Part shown: positions 27,238-36,219 of the stretch, piece after piece
How the letters are laid out: each line of letters starts with the position of its first letter
Numbering within the stretch: the first letter of the stretch is position 1
Assembly: GCA_037141855.1 (NCBI GenBank)
Contig: JBAXBR010000003.1
Coordinates: 8,707 to 72,706 of the forward strand
Direction: 5' to 3'
Source of the DNA: Actinomycetota bacterium
Lineage (GTDB): Bacteria; Actinomycetota; Acidimicrobiia; Acidimicrobiales; Ilumatobacteraceae
DNA: 64,000 nt
Translations under genes and position numbers: made by a program
The notes under the pieces: model-generated
Databases searched by the model: none
What the model saw: the letters and a program-made list of their open reading frames with translations, nothing else
Told to the model about the DNA's origin: nothing

Positions 27238-28077
27238 ATGCGTTCAGGCTTTGTATCACTTGTTGGACGCCCAAATGTTGGAAAGTCAACGTTGGTGAAT
27301 GCACTTTGCGGCGAAAAAATAAGCATTGTTTCAGACAAGCCGCAAACTACTCGCACTCGAATTCGTGGAGTGGTCACCAAGGACGACTATCAAATCATCT
27401 TCGTCGATACGCCAGGCCTGCACAAGGCTGTGAGTGCCTTAGGCGAACGCGTGAATGCAACCGCGCTTGAATCGACTAAAGACGTCGATGTCGTGTGCCT
27501 GGTTATTGATGTCACGCAGCCTTTTGGTTCAGGTGATCAATGGGTTGCTAGCCACATAGACATGTCGAAGGCGATTGTCATTTTGAACAAGATCGACCGC
27601 GCCTCACCTCAGCAAATTTTGAAGCAGTTAACAAAGTTGAGCCAACTAGGCGCCTCCGAATATTTTCCCGTTAGCGCACAGAGCGGAGCAGGAGTTGCAG
27701 AGCTTGCTCAACATTTGGGAACTCTGTTGCCAGAGGGCGAGCAGTTGTATCCAACGGAGATGACTACTGAAACATCGCCGGGAGAATGGGTCGCAGAATT
27801 GGTCCGTGAGCAATTGCTGGCTCTCACCTTTGACGAATTGCCGTATTCGATTGCCACACGAGTGACCGAATGGGAAGATGACAAAGTTCGATGTGAGATT
27901 GTTGTTGAACGCGACAGCCAAAAGGGAATGGTGATCGGAAAGGGTGGATCGCTACTCAAAGAAGTTGGAACCGCGGTTCGCAAACAGTTGCCGAAAGGTA
28001 CGTATCTCGAGCTGGCAGTAGTCGTTGACAAAAATTGGCAACAACGACCGGAGCGAGTCGAACGTCTCGGTTACTAG
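27238..28077 (+). CDS. era: GTPase Era
   Basis: G1 GRPNVGKST, G3 DTPG, NKID, and a C-terminal KH domain (VIGKGGSLLKEVG). Confidence 0.93.
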   Translation: MRSGFVSLVGRPNVGKSTLVNALCGEKISIVSDKPQTTRTRIRGVVTKDDYQIIFVDTPGLHKAVSALGERVNATALESTKDVDVVCLVIDVTQPFGSGDQWVASHIDMSKAIVILNKIDRASPQQILKQLTKLSQLGASEYFPVSAQSGAGVAELAQHLGTLLPEGEQLYPTEMTTETSPGEWVAELVREQLLALTFDELPYSIATRVTEWEDDKVRCEIVVERDSQKGMVIGKGGSLLKEVGTAVRKQLPKGTYLELAVVVDKNWQQRPERVERLGY

Positions 28078-28686
28078 CTATTTCGTAATCAGCATTTTGT
28101 AGTCGTCAAACGTCACTGGTAGTCCTGCTCCAGCAATATCGCCGCGACCACGAGGCACACCAATTGGTTTACCGCCAACACTAAATGTGACTTGCCCAAT
28201 TCCTGGTTGACTCGTAAGTGTGAGCACAATTTGAGCAATTGCCAATCGTTGATCGTTTGCTTTTATTGAATCGAGATAGCCATGCTTCGAATTGACGTTC
28301 GCAACTCCGCCATCGACAACGATCGTCGCCGAAAAACCGGAAGGAAGAAGTGTCTTCATTTTGGAGTGTGCAGGGTCAGGTAAACCAGCTACGAGTGCCG
28401 CGAAAACGCTCTGTGGGCTGGTAGGACTAGGAATTTCGAGTCGTATTCGCACGAGGGAGGAGTTATTGACAAAAAACAGAGAGGCCTTCTCGTACGCCGT
28501 GCCAGCAATTGTTGTTTGAACTGCGATGGATGTAGTGGTGGTTGGGGCCGATGATTCTGGAGAGTTCAGCCCGAAAGGAATGTCTCGTGGGTTTACCTCT
28601 TTTACTGTTCCGGAGTTGGGAACAGCGCATGAAGCGAGCGCAACGCAAGCAGGCAGTAACCAACACGTCTTGAACAGTCGAATCAT
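28078..28686 (-). CDS. GerMN-domain lipoprotein, a short LpqB-like partner of MtrB
   Basis: Lipobox LASC. GerMN-like core (LFFVNNSSLVRIRLEIP...VFAALVAGLP...VVDGGVANVN...IAQIVLTLT). ATGA overlap with the upstream kinase gene. Only 202 aa. Confidence 0.7.
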   Translation of the reverse strand: MIRLFKTCWLLPACVALASCAVPNSGTVKEVNPRDIPFGLNSPESSAPTTTTSIAVQTTIAGTAYEKASLFFVNNSSLVRIRLEIPSPTSPQSVFAALVAGLPDPAHSKMKTLLPSGFSATIVVDGGVANVNSKHGYLDSIKANDQRLAIAQIVLTLTSQPGIGQVTFSVGGKPIGVPRGRGDIAGAGLPVTFDDYKMLITK

Positions 28687-30104
28687 GCTTCGCTCAAATT
28701 CTTCGGAAAGGAGATGACAAAACTAGATCCGCCCTCATGTGATTGCTCAACATGTACTGAGCCGTGCAGTGCGTGAGCGTGTTCGCTCACAATTGCCAAT
28801 CCGAGTCCACTGCCTTTGCCATTTCGGGATGCGGTGCCGCGAGCGAATCGGTCGAAAATGTGCAGTTGTTCGCTGATCGCTACGCCAGGACCGGCATCGT
28901 GAACTGCAAGTGTGAATGCTTCACCATCGCTCGTCAAGGTAACCCGTGTTGCTCCGTTGGCATGGTCTCGTGCGTTTTCTAACAGATTGACAAGAATTCG
29001 CTCAATTCGACGACGATCGAGTCTTGTTTCATCGTCGGCTTGCATCTCGCCATCTGACGATTGCACCGTGCTGATGAACGGAATTTCGCCAAAGCCATAT
29101 CTGTGCATAATTCGGCCGATGAGGTCATTGAGCTGAATATTTTCGATCTCGTGTTCGGCAGCATGCGCATCGAGTCGCGAAAGTTCCAAAAGATCAATAA
29201 CGGTTCGATCGAATCGCTCGATTTGTTTCTTCATGATGTCAATTGCTTGCTGATTGCGTTCTGTAAATTCTGATCGTCTCGAAACGAGAACATCTGCTGC
29301 TGCAGACAACGCGGTTACTGGAGAACGCAATTCGTGACTGACATCACTTGCAAAACGCTGTTCACGTTCAATTCTCTGCTGTACCGCGTTAGCCATCTCG
29401 TTAAACGAAGCAACTAGACGTTCGAGATCGGAATCTTCTTCGTGTGCCAAGCGTGTGTCGAGGCCGCCAGTGGCGATTTTGTTTGCTGCAAGCGCGACAC
29501 GGGTGAGTGGTTGAAGCACGTTTTTGCTCATGGAGAAACCAAGCACGCCAGCAGCGAAAGTAATGAGCACCACTCCAATGAGCAACGTCAGTTGAATAGT
29601 TCGCAAAGTGTTTTGTACATCGGTTACGGGAAATGCCTCAAAGTAGTGAAGACCGACGGAAGGAATGGCTACTCCGATTGCCTCGTAAGGTCGATTTTCA
29701 AATTCAAAACGTTGACGACCGGTTTTATTACTCAGGGTCAAATTGAGTAGTTCGGTTGGCAAATTCGATTGTGTGAATCGCAGTGGTTCTTGGGCGTAAA
29801 ACAACGCCGTTTTGCCGGGACCAGCATCAATCTGGATAACTGCGTACCCACCCTGTTCGGTGCGTATTTGTGTGACTAATTCCGCAACGTTGCTGGCATC
29901 AGTTTCAACAACGTTTCGCATTAGTTGAGCGTTATTGAATGCTTGGCGTTGAGCAACCTCTGAACGTTGACCAAGTAGATATGAACGGGTGCTGGCATAC
30001 GTCACGACGCTGAGGGCGATTGCTGCAGCCAGTGCTGCGAGGCCGAAGAACAACACCATCCGCTGTTTCAGCCCAAACTTTGGGGGGAAGGACAACCGAC
30101 TCAT
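28683..30104 (-). CDS. mtrB: Sensor histidine kinase, MtrB-like
   Basis: Two TM segments flanking an extracytoplasmic loop, a HAMP region, H-box SHELRSPVTAL, N-box LLENARDH, and G-boxes DAGPGV and GSGLGLAIV. Confidence 0.88.
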   Translation of the reverse strand: MSRLSFPPKFGLKQRMVLFFGLAALAAAIALSVVTYASTRSYLLGQRSEVAQRQAFNNAQLMRNVVETDASNVAELVTQIRTEQGGYAVIQIDAGPGKTALFYAQEPLRFTQSNLPTELLNLTLSNKTGRQRFEFENRPYEAIGVAIPSVGLHYFEAFPVTDVQNTLRTIQLTLLIGVVLITFAAGVLGFSMSKNVLQPLTRVALAANKIATGGLDTRLAHEEDSDLERLVASFNEMANAVQQRIEREQRFASDVSHELRSPVTALSAAADVLVSRRSEFTERNQQAIDIMKKQIERFDRTVIDLLELSRLDAHAAEHEIENIQLNDLIGRIMHRYGFGEIPFISTVQSSDGEMQADDETRLDRRRIERILVNLLENARDHANGATRVTLTSDGEAFTLAVHDAGPGVAISEQLHIFDRFARGTASRNGKGSGLGLAIVSEHAHALHGSVHVEQSHEGGSSFVISFPKNLSEA

Positions 30105-30133
30105 GAATACAGCATGGCAGTTGCGGAGTGAAA

Positions 30134-30176
30134 AAACCGGCGGGGCTCAAGGGGGAGCATGAACACCCGCCGGTTT
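30134..30176 (-). terminator. Terminator-like inverted repeat between the divergent mtrB and mtrA starts
   Basis: AAACCGGCGGG (30134-30144) pairs with CCCGCCGGTTT (30166-30176). The loop contains an inner GCTC/GAGC pair. On the minus strand the stem is followed by a run of six T; on the plus strand by TTTGTT. Confidence 0.35.
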
Positions 30177-30270
30177 GTTATGGAAATTCTGCACCCTCAA
30201 CATGACGAATGTTGATGAATTGTGTGCGTTTTCTGTAACATTTCACCGAATTCAGGCAGACTGCTATCCG

Positions 30271-30960
30271 ATGTTTACGTTGTTGTTCATTGAAGATGAT
30301 GAAGCCATTCGAACTGCACTTCGCCTTGTGCTCGAAGACGAGGGTTACGAAGTGGCCGAAGCGGGTAACGGTGAAACGGGAATCAAAATGTTTGCCGAAT
30401 TAGACCCCGATCTGGTGTTACTGGATTTACGTTTGCCAGACATTTCCGGTTTCGAAGTGTGCAGGGCAATTCGTCGAACGAGCATCACCCCAGTCATCAT
30501 GGTGACCGCACAAACTGACACTAATGATCTAGTGAATGGGTTTGATGCAGGGGCAGATGATTACGTAACAAAGCCTGTAGTGCCAAAGGAACTCTCGGCG
30601 CGCATACGCGCTGCGTTACGCAGAACACAAACAATTGAAACTTCACCAGCGAACGCGAAATCGTTGCGCAAAATCGGCGACATTGAAATCGATCGCGAAA
30701 TGAGCGTTGTACGTAAGAACGGCAATGAGATAGCGCTTACGAAAACTGAGTTTCGATTGCTCGTTGAATTCGCTGATCATCCAGGGATGGTGTTGTCGAG
30801 AGACCAGTTACTTGAGCGGGTGTGGGGATACGAATATCTCGGTGACTCACGACTTGTTGATGCCCACGTTCGAAGGCTGCGAGTGAAAGTCGAAACTCAA
30901 CCAGAAGAGCCGACGATGATCGTGACGGTTCGGGGCATGGGGTACCGACTGATTAGCTAG
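30271..30960 (+). CDS. mtrA: OmpR-family response regulator, MtrA-like
   Basis: REC domain (FIEDDE, LLDLRLPD, TAQTD, KP) plus a winged helix (LTKTEFRLL, RLVDAHVRRLRVKVE, TVRGMGY). Start trimmed to ATG 30271. Confidence 0.9.
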   Translation: MFTLLFIEDDEAIRTALRLVLEDEGYEVAEAGNGETGIKMFAELDPDLVLLDLRLPDISGFEVCRAIRRTSITPVIMVTAQTDTNDLVNGFDAGADDYVTKPVVPKELSARIRAALRRTQTIETSPANAKSLRKIGDIEIDREMSVVRKNGNEIALTKTEFRLLVEFADHPGMVLSRDQLLERVWGYEYLGDSRLVDAHVRRLRVKVETQPEEPTMIVTVRGMGYRLIS

Positions 30961-30964
30961 GCCA

Positions 30965-32881
30965 TTAGATGGACCTAAGAAATTGCACTACTTCAGAAAA
31001 ATCGATAGTCCGTTTCATTGGCGGCAGTGTTGATACAAGTTTCTTTCCATAACCCTTCGTTGCAAGACGTGGGTCAAGGATGGCAACGACTCCTGTGTCT
31101 TTGCGCGAGCGGATCAATCGACCAGCGGCCTGTGCTAACTGTGTTGCAGCGAGTGGAATGTCAATTTCATTGAACGACGTACTACCGATTTCTTCGCGTC
31201 GTGCACTGAGCAAAGGATCATCTGGTCGAGGAAACGGAATTTTGTCAATAACAACGAGACTGAGTGTTTGGCCAGGAACATCAACACCTTGGAAGAATCC
31301 TGCAGTTGCAAACAGGCAGGCAGAATCTTCAGCAGCAAACGCGTCAACAAGGGCCATTTTTGGCAGGTCGTCCTGACGCCAGATTTTAAATTTTAGTCGT
31401 TGTGCCATTTCATCGGCTGCGGCGTGCATGGCGCGATATGTGGTGAACAGTGCAAGGGTGCGACCGTGGGCGGCGTTGATGAGTTTCTCAAGTTCGTCAT
31501 GAACGGCGTCATCTCTGCGGGATTCATTCGGCAAAGGAAGATGTTTCGCGCAATACAGAAGCGCTGAGTTTTCGTAATCAAATGGGCTGCCGACGTCGAT
31601 TGCATTCACCTCGTCGTCCTCGAGTCCGATACGCGAAGGCATTGCTAGGGGAATAGTGGCGCTCGTAAGGATTGCGGTTCGTTTTGACCAGACGCCTCCA
31701 CGCAGCGATGGACCAACATTGAGGGGTGCGAGTTCAAGGACAGGCCGTTCCTTGGTGCCACTCACGAAGGCAACAGTTCGTGATCCAGCGGTGAGAGATC
31801 CATCGATCACGTCGATCATTCGACCGCTTAAAGTTTGACCCCGAAGGATTCGCTGTTTGGCAGTTTCATCGCTACTAGAGATTGATTTCAACCCCGATAT
31901 TGCCTCATCGATTTTGAGACGCAAACGAGCAAGTACGTCTTGGATGTCATCAGGCAGAGGCAGAGGAACGCGTTTATCGACATCACCAGCAATACATCCA
32001 CCAAATTCAGTGGCCAATTGTTGAAGGGAACCAGTTAACCCGTCATCTCTTACGATTGCGCGCAGTGCGCCGATTACGTGTTGGATGCTTCCTGGGCTAA
32101 TTGACATGCTGACTGAAGCACTCATCACGTCTTCAAGTTGGTGAGCTTCATCGAATATGACCACATCATGTTCGGGAAGCAATGCACCGTCGGTAGCGAC
32201 ATCCAGACCGTAGATGTGAGTATTCACCACAATCACGTCGGCGACCGCGGCGAAATCGCGAGCGCGCTCCGCAAAGCATGTGTCTCCGGCAGGGCATCTA
32301 CTCGCACCAGGGCATTCGTCGCTGCCAATGCTGACATGGCGCCATGCGGCATCGCGAGGGCTCCACGACAAATCACCAGCATCACCAGTTGAGGTGGTTT
32401 CAGACCATGTCACAAGCTTGTCGATATCTGACTTCACCTGAATGCTGAAATCTTGCAAATCAAGCTTGTGCTGTTTTGGCTCGCGAATTTCGGCGATGCG
32501 TTGCGCGCAGAGGTAATTGTTGCGACCCTTCAGAACTGCCCAGGTGATTTCGCGCCCGATGATTGGAGCAAGCGCAGACGACAACACAGGAAGATCGTGC
32601 TTAGCAAGTTGATCCTGCAATGCCTTTGTATACGTCGAAACCACGATTCGTTTTCCCGATGCAATTGCAGGAACGAGATAGCCAAGCGTCTTTCCCGTTC
32701 CAGTACCAGCTTGAACGATGAGGTGGCGACCTTGTTCGATCGCGTCGGCAATCGCATTTGCCATGGTTACTTGTCCTGAACGCGACTCCACATTTGGGAG
32801 CGTGTCAACGACTGCCTGCAAGAGGACTTCGACGTCAACTTCGTTGTTCGGTTTACCTGACATGCACCAACTTGAGTGCAT
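30965..32881 (-). CDS. dinG: DinG/XPD-family ATP-dependent DNA helicase with an Fe-S domain
   Basis: Walker A AGTGTGKT, DEAH box (FDEAHQLE), and a Cys cluster (LCAQ, DECPGASRCPAGDTC). Alternative start at ATG 32863. Confidence 0.85.
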   Translation of the reverse strand: MHSSWCMSGKPNNEVDVEVLLQAVVDTLPNVESRSGQVTMANAIADAIEQGRHLIVQAGTGTGKTLGYLVPAIASGKRIVVSTYTKALQDQLAKHDLPVLSSALAPIIGREITWAVLKGRNNYLCAQRIAEIREPKQHKLDLQDFSIQVKSDIDKLVTWSETTSTGDAGDLSWSPRDAAWRHVSIGSDECPGASRCPAGDTCFAERARDFAAVADVIVVNTHIYGLDVATDGALLPEHDVVIFDEAHQLEDVMSASVSMSISPGSIQHVIGALRAIVRDDGLTGSLQQLATEFGGCIAGDVDKRVPLPLPDDIQDVLARLRLKIDEAISGLKSISSSDETAKQRILRGQTLSGRMIDVIDGSLTAGSRTVAFVSGTKERPVLELAPLNVGPSLRGGVWSKRTAILTSATIPLAMPSRIGLEDDEVNAIDVGSPFDYENSALLYCAKHLPLPNESRRDDAVHDELEKLINAAHGRTLALFTTYRAMHAAADEMAQRLKFKIWRQDDLPKMALVDAFAAEDSACLFATAGFFQGVDVPGQTLSLVVIDKIPFPRPDDPLLSARREEIGSTSFNEIDIPLAATQLAQAAGRLIRSRKDTGVVAILDPRLATKGYGKKLVSTLPPMKRTIDFSEVVQFLRSI

Positions 32882-33587
32882 TGGTTATCTCTTGCGCGTC
32901 GAAATCTGGCCAGGTTCGTTCGGTGAAGTACACCTTGGCGCCCATGATTTGCCACAGTAAGAAATTTGAAATTCTCGATTCACCAGAAGTTCGAACTACA
33001 ACATCTACTGGAGGTAGTTCTGGCGCGTACAAGTTCTGAGATATGTCTTGAGACGAAACATCGTGCGATGTTTGGTTCTGCGAATGTGCGCGCTGTGCTG
33101 CACGGAGGAGTTCGGCGCGACTGCCATAATCGAAAGCGACGGTGAGCACCATGCCTGTGTTGTGTGCCGTATCTTCTATGGCTTGCAGAATTGCTCGCTG
33201 AATAAATGCTGGAGTTTTGGATCCAGGCTCATCGAACGGACGACCAATCCATTGGATCCGAACATTATTGGCATTCAGCTCTTCGATTCTCCCAAACAGA
33301 CGCTTGTGGAGAGAAAGAATGTGTTTAACCTCGGCTGGAGGACGTACCCAATTTTCCGTTGAAAACCCGAAAACGGTCAACCAGCCAACATTGTTCTTGG
33401 CGCAGATACGCACTACCTCGGCCAAATTTTCTTCTCCGGCAGTATGTCCAGCGGTTCGTGGGAGGCCACGACGTTTAGCCCATCGTCCGTTGCCGTCCAT
33501 GATGCAAGCGATATGCACAGGAGAGTCGCTGGTTGCCAAGTCCATGGCGAACACCTTACTGATGTGAGCCCTGAAGTCGTGCGACAA
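32853..33587 (-). CDS. uppS: cis-Prenyltransferase (undecaprenyl-diphosphate synthase family), catalytic-type paralog lacking the C-terminal RxG
   Basis: IMDGNGRWA, FGFSTENWVRP and RTSGESRISNFLLWQ. The protein ends ...ALKLVHVR-stop. Alternative start at ATG 33545, preceded by AAGGTG. Confidence 0.9.
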   Translation of the reverse strand: MSHDFRAHISKVFAMDLATSDSPVHIACIMDGNGRWAKRRGLPRTAGHTAGEENLAEVVRICAKNNVGWLTVFGFSTENWVRPPAEVKHILSLHKRLFGRIEELNANNVRIQWIGRPFDEPGSKTPAFIQRAILQAIEDTAHNTGMVLTVAFDYGSRAELLRAAQRAHSQNQTSHDVSSQDISQNLYAPELPPVDVVVRTSGESRISNFLLWQIMGAKVYFTERTWPDFDAQEITNALKLVHVR

Positions 33588-33594
33588 TGGTGAC

Positions 33595-34164
33595 GTGGCT
33601 AACGGATCATCATTACGACATGTGCTCGTAGTTGGTGGATCGCTGGAGCAATGGAATTCAATGTCTGAGTTGGACTGGTCTCAGTACATTTCAACCTTGC
33701 AAACCTCGGTAGAACAGGTTGATGCGCAATGGCTTTCGATTTATCCGTATTCTGGTACAAGTTTTAGCGAAGACGTCAGTGAGTTAACACAAAAGATTTC
33801 GCTTGCCTGCGGTGCAGTTGTTGAAGATGACAAGTTGATGCTTCGCGGTTCAACCTCGGTAGTGATCGATGTATGCGCAGATGGACAGCAACGATTTACG
33901 CGTGCAGTTAACGGTCTGCCGCATAACAAGATTTCGGAAAAGAACCTGGCGACCGCGATTTTGCACCCAGCGTCGAGCGAACCAGACCTTGTTGTTATTT
34001 TTGGAGACCCCACGCAGTTGCCACCTTCACTCGTTTGGGAACTCGCATACAGCGAGCTGGTGTACCTGAATACACAGTGGCCACATTGCAACGGTGAAGA
34101 TATTGATTTGGCGATTAATGACTTCCAACGCAGAGACCGTCGATTCGGCGGTGTGGATTCATGA
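33595..34164 (+). CDS. Degenerate UPPS-like protein that has lost the catalytic motifs but keeps the C-terminal RRFGG
   Basis: Aligns end to end with the neighbouring UppS: RHVLVVGGSLEQW vs VHIACIMDGNGRW, and PDLVVIFGDPTQLPPSLVWELAYSELVYLNTQWP...RRDRRFGGV vs VDVVVRTSGESRISNFLLWQ.... GTG start. ATGA overlap with recO. Confidence 0.7.
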   Translation: MANGSSLRHVLVVGGSLEQWNSMSELDWSQYISTLQTSVEQVDAQWLSIYPYSGTSFSEDVSELTQKISLACGAVVEDDKLMLRGSTSVVIDVCADGQQRFTRAVNGLPHNKISEKNLATAILHPASSEPDLVVIFGDPTQLPPSLVWELAYSELVYLNTQWPHCNGEDIDLAINDFQRRDRRFGGVDS

Positions 34165-34880
34165 CGCTCTATCGCGATAAAGGCATTGTGTTGAGAAGTT
34201 ACAAGCTCGGGGAATCTGATCGCATAGTGGTGATGATGACTGAACACCACGGAAAAATTCGGGCAGTGGCTAAAGGTATTCGTAAAACAAAATCGAAGAT
34301 TGGCGCTCGACTCGAACCTATGAGTCATGTAGACGTTCTGCTGTATAAAGGAAGAGAACTCGACACCGTGTCGCAGGTGGAGTTGATCGATTCGTCGGCA
34401 CGATTACACAACAACCTCGACAAGTTGACGCAAGGAATGTCAATGCTGGAGGCAGTTGATCAAATTGCGGAAGACAGAGAATCTTCGCCGCACCTGTATC
34501 GAATGCTGCAAGGCGCATTAAATGCGTTAATGGAGCAGGAATCACCGGTGATGCTTGCTGCCTTTTACTGGAAGTTGTTGGCTGCTGAAGGTGTGAGTCC
34601 ACAGGTGCAGTCGTGTGTTGGGTGCGGTTCGTTAACCGACTTGGTGGCGTTCGATATTTTCCAGGGCGGTGTTCAGTGTCGGTCTTGTCGGACTGGTATC
34701 AGTATTTCTCAACCAGCAATTGATTTATTGCAGCAGGTGTTGGGAGGGCAACTCAATGTTGCACTTGTGCAGCCCGAATCTCCAGCAAGCTACGAAATAT
34801 CGCAACTCGCAACTCAAGCGATGGAATATCACACCGAACGGCGATTGAGATCGGTAGCAATGTTCAGTCCCCGTCACTAG
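34161..34880 (+). CDS. recO: DNA repair protein RecO
   Basis: N-terminus MTLYRDKGIVLRSYKLGESDRIV and zinc-finger cysteines (CVGCGS...CRSC). Confidence 0.9.
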   Translation: MTLYRDKGIVLRSYKLGESDRIVVMMTEHHGKIRAVAKGIRKTKSKIGARLEPMSHVDVLLYKGRELDTVSQVELIDSSARLHNNLDKLTQGMSMLEAVDQIAEDRESSPHLYRMLQGALNALMEQESPVMLAAFYWKLLAAEGVSPQVQSCVGCGSLTDLVAFDIFQGGVQCRSCRTGISISQPAIDLLQQVLGGQLNVALVQPESPASYEISQLATQAMEYHTERRLRSVAMFSPRH

Positions 34881-34900
34881 TCGGGTTGTAGTCTGTACGT

Positions 34901-36208
34901 ATGCCAGCGAGCGATTTAGAGCAAATAGTCAACCTCTGCAAGCGGCGCGGCTTTGTATATCCAAGCGCTGAAATCTATGGCGGGTTCCGTTCCTCGTATG
35001 ACTATGGTCCGCTTGGATCCCTCATGCTGCGCAATGTGAAGGATGCGTGGGTGCGCAGCATGGTGCAACAGCGAGACGATGTCGTTCTGATTGATGCAGC
35101 AATTCTTGGACCCCCGCAGGTTTTCGAGGCAAGCGGACACCTCGCTAATTTCAGTGATCCGCTCGTCGATTGCACGGTATGTAAAAAGCGGTTCCGCGAA
35201 GATCAGCTGGACGCACGCGACTGTCCTCAGAAAATGAAGGGATGTGCGTTTACTGAAGCTCGCGCATTCAACTTGATGTTCCAGACACATGCCGGCCCAG
35301 TCGAGGGCGAAGGTGCAACGGTCTATATGCGTCCTGAAACTGCACAAGGAATGTTTGTGAACTTCGCAAACGTGTTGCAGACTTCGCGTAAAAAACCGCC
35401 ATTTGGCATCGCTCAGGTTGGGAAAAGTTTCCGAAACGAAATTACTCCTGGAAACTTTATTTTTCGAACTCGTGAATTCGAACAAATGGAAATGGAATTC
35501 TTCGTTCCACCAGCAGATAGTGCGAAGTGGTACGAGTACTGGTGCGAGACGCGCATGCAGTGGTATATCGATTTGGGAATTCCAGCAGACATGTTGCGTT
35601 TGCGTGCGCACGATGCCGACGAACTTTCTCATTATTCGAGTGGTACGAGTGACATTGAATTCAAGTTTCCGTGGGGTTGGGGAGAGCTTGAGGGAATTGC
35701 ACAACGCACGAATTTCGACCTCAATCGGCATGCCGAGTTTTCGAAACAGAAGCTTGATTATTTTGATCAAGCAACGAATGAGCGGTATGTGCCATATGTA
35801 GTGGAACCTGCAGCTGGAGCTAACCGCACCATGGCTGCATTCTTGCTTGCCGCATACGACGAGGACATCGTGAACGACGAACCACGTACCGTTCTCCGTT
35901 TGCACCCTCGATTGGCTCCATACCAGGTGGCCATTTTGCCGCTGTCGAAAAAGGACACCCTCACACCGTTGGCCGATCAAATTTTCTCGCGGTTGAGTAA
36001 ACGCTATTACTGCGATTACGACGAAACCCAAGCAATCGGACGGAGGTATCGTCGCCAAGACGAAATCGGCACTCCGTACTGCATCACGGTCGATTTTGAT
36101 TCTCTAGAAGATGGTCAAGTGACCATTCGGGAACGCGATACGACACAGCAAGAACGAGTTTCCATCGACCAACTCGAACAGATTCTCAGTGAAAAATTAG
36201 GGTTCTAA
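34901..36208 (+). CDS. glyQS: Glycine--tRNA ligase (dimeric class II type)
   Basis: LCKRRGFVYPSAEIYGG, FRNEITPGNFIFRTREFEQMEMEFF and YVPYVVEPAAGANR. Confidence 0.93.
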   Translation: MPASDLEQIVNLCKRRGFVYPSAEIYGGFRSSYDYGPLGSLMLRNVKDAWVRSMVQQRDDVVLIDAAILGPPQVFEASGHLANFSDPLVDCTVCKKRFREDQLDARDCPQKMKGCAFTEARAFNLMFQTHAGPVEGEGATVYMRPETAQGMFVNFANVLQTSRKKPPFGIAQVGKSFRNEITPGNFIFRTREFEQMEMEFFVPPADSAKWYEYWCETRMQWYIDLGIPADMLRLRAHDADELSHYSSGTSDIEFKFPWGWGELEGIAQRTNFDLNRHAEFSKQKLDYFDQATNERYVPYVVEPAAGANRTMAAFLLAAYDEDIVNDEPRTVLRLHPRLAPYQVAILPLSKKDTLTPLADQIFSRLSKRYYCDYDETQAIGRRYRRQDEIGTPYCITVDFDSLEDGQVTIRERDTTQQERVSIDQLEQILSEKLGF

Positions 36209-36219
36209 CAGGAGGAATC

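Noticed and set aside
30105-30118. Four-codon uORF (ATG CTG TAT TCA TGA) whose stop overlaps the mtrB ATG.
   Set aside because: It has no SD and is too short to distinguish from chance. I mention it only as context for the leader hairpin.
30175-30270. ORF-track N-terminal extension of the response regulator (MLWKFCTLNMTNVDELCAF...).
   Set aside because: REC domains begin a few residues before the acidic pocket (MFTLLFIEDDE). The extension also runs through the hairpin and promoter region.
33741-34328. 195-aa minus-strand ORF across the UPPS-like/recO junction.
   Set aside because: The plus-strand ORFs have clear homology (UPPS-like alignment, RecO N-terminus), and this antisense ORF has none.
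34916-36058. 380-aa minus-strand ORF.
   Set aside because: It lies entirely antisense to the strongly supported glyQS gene. The translation is low-complexity (Cys/Arg/His-rich) and shows no family motifs. It is a shadow ORF.
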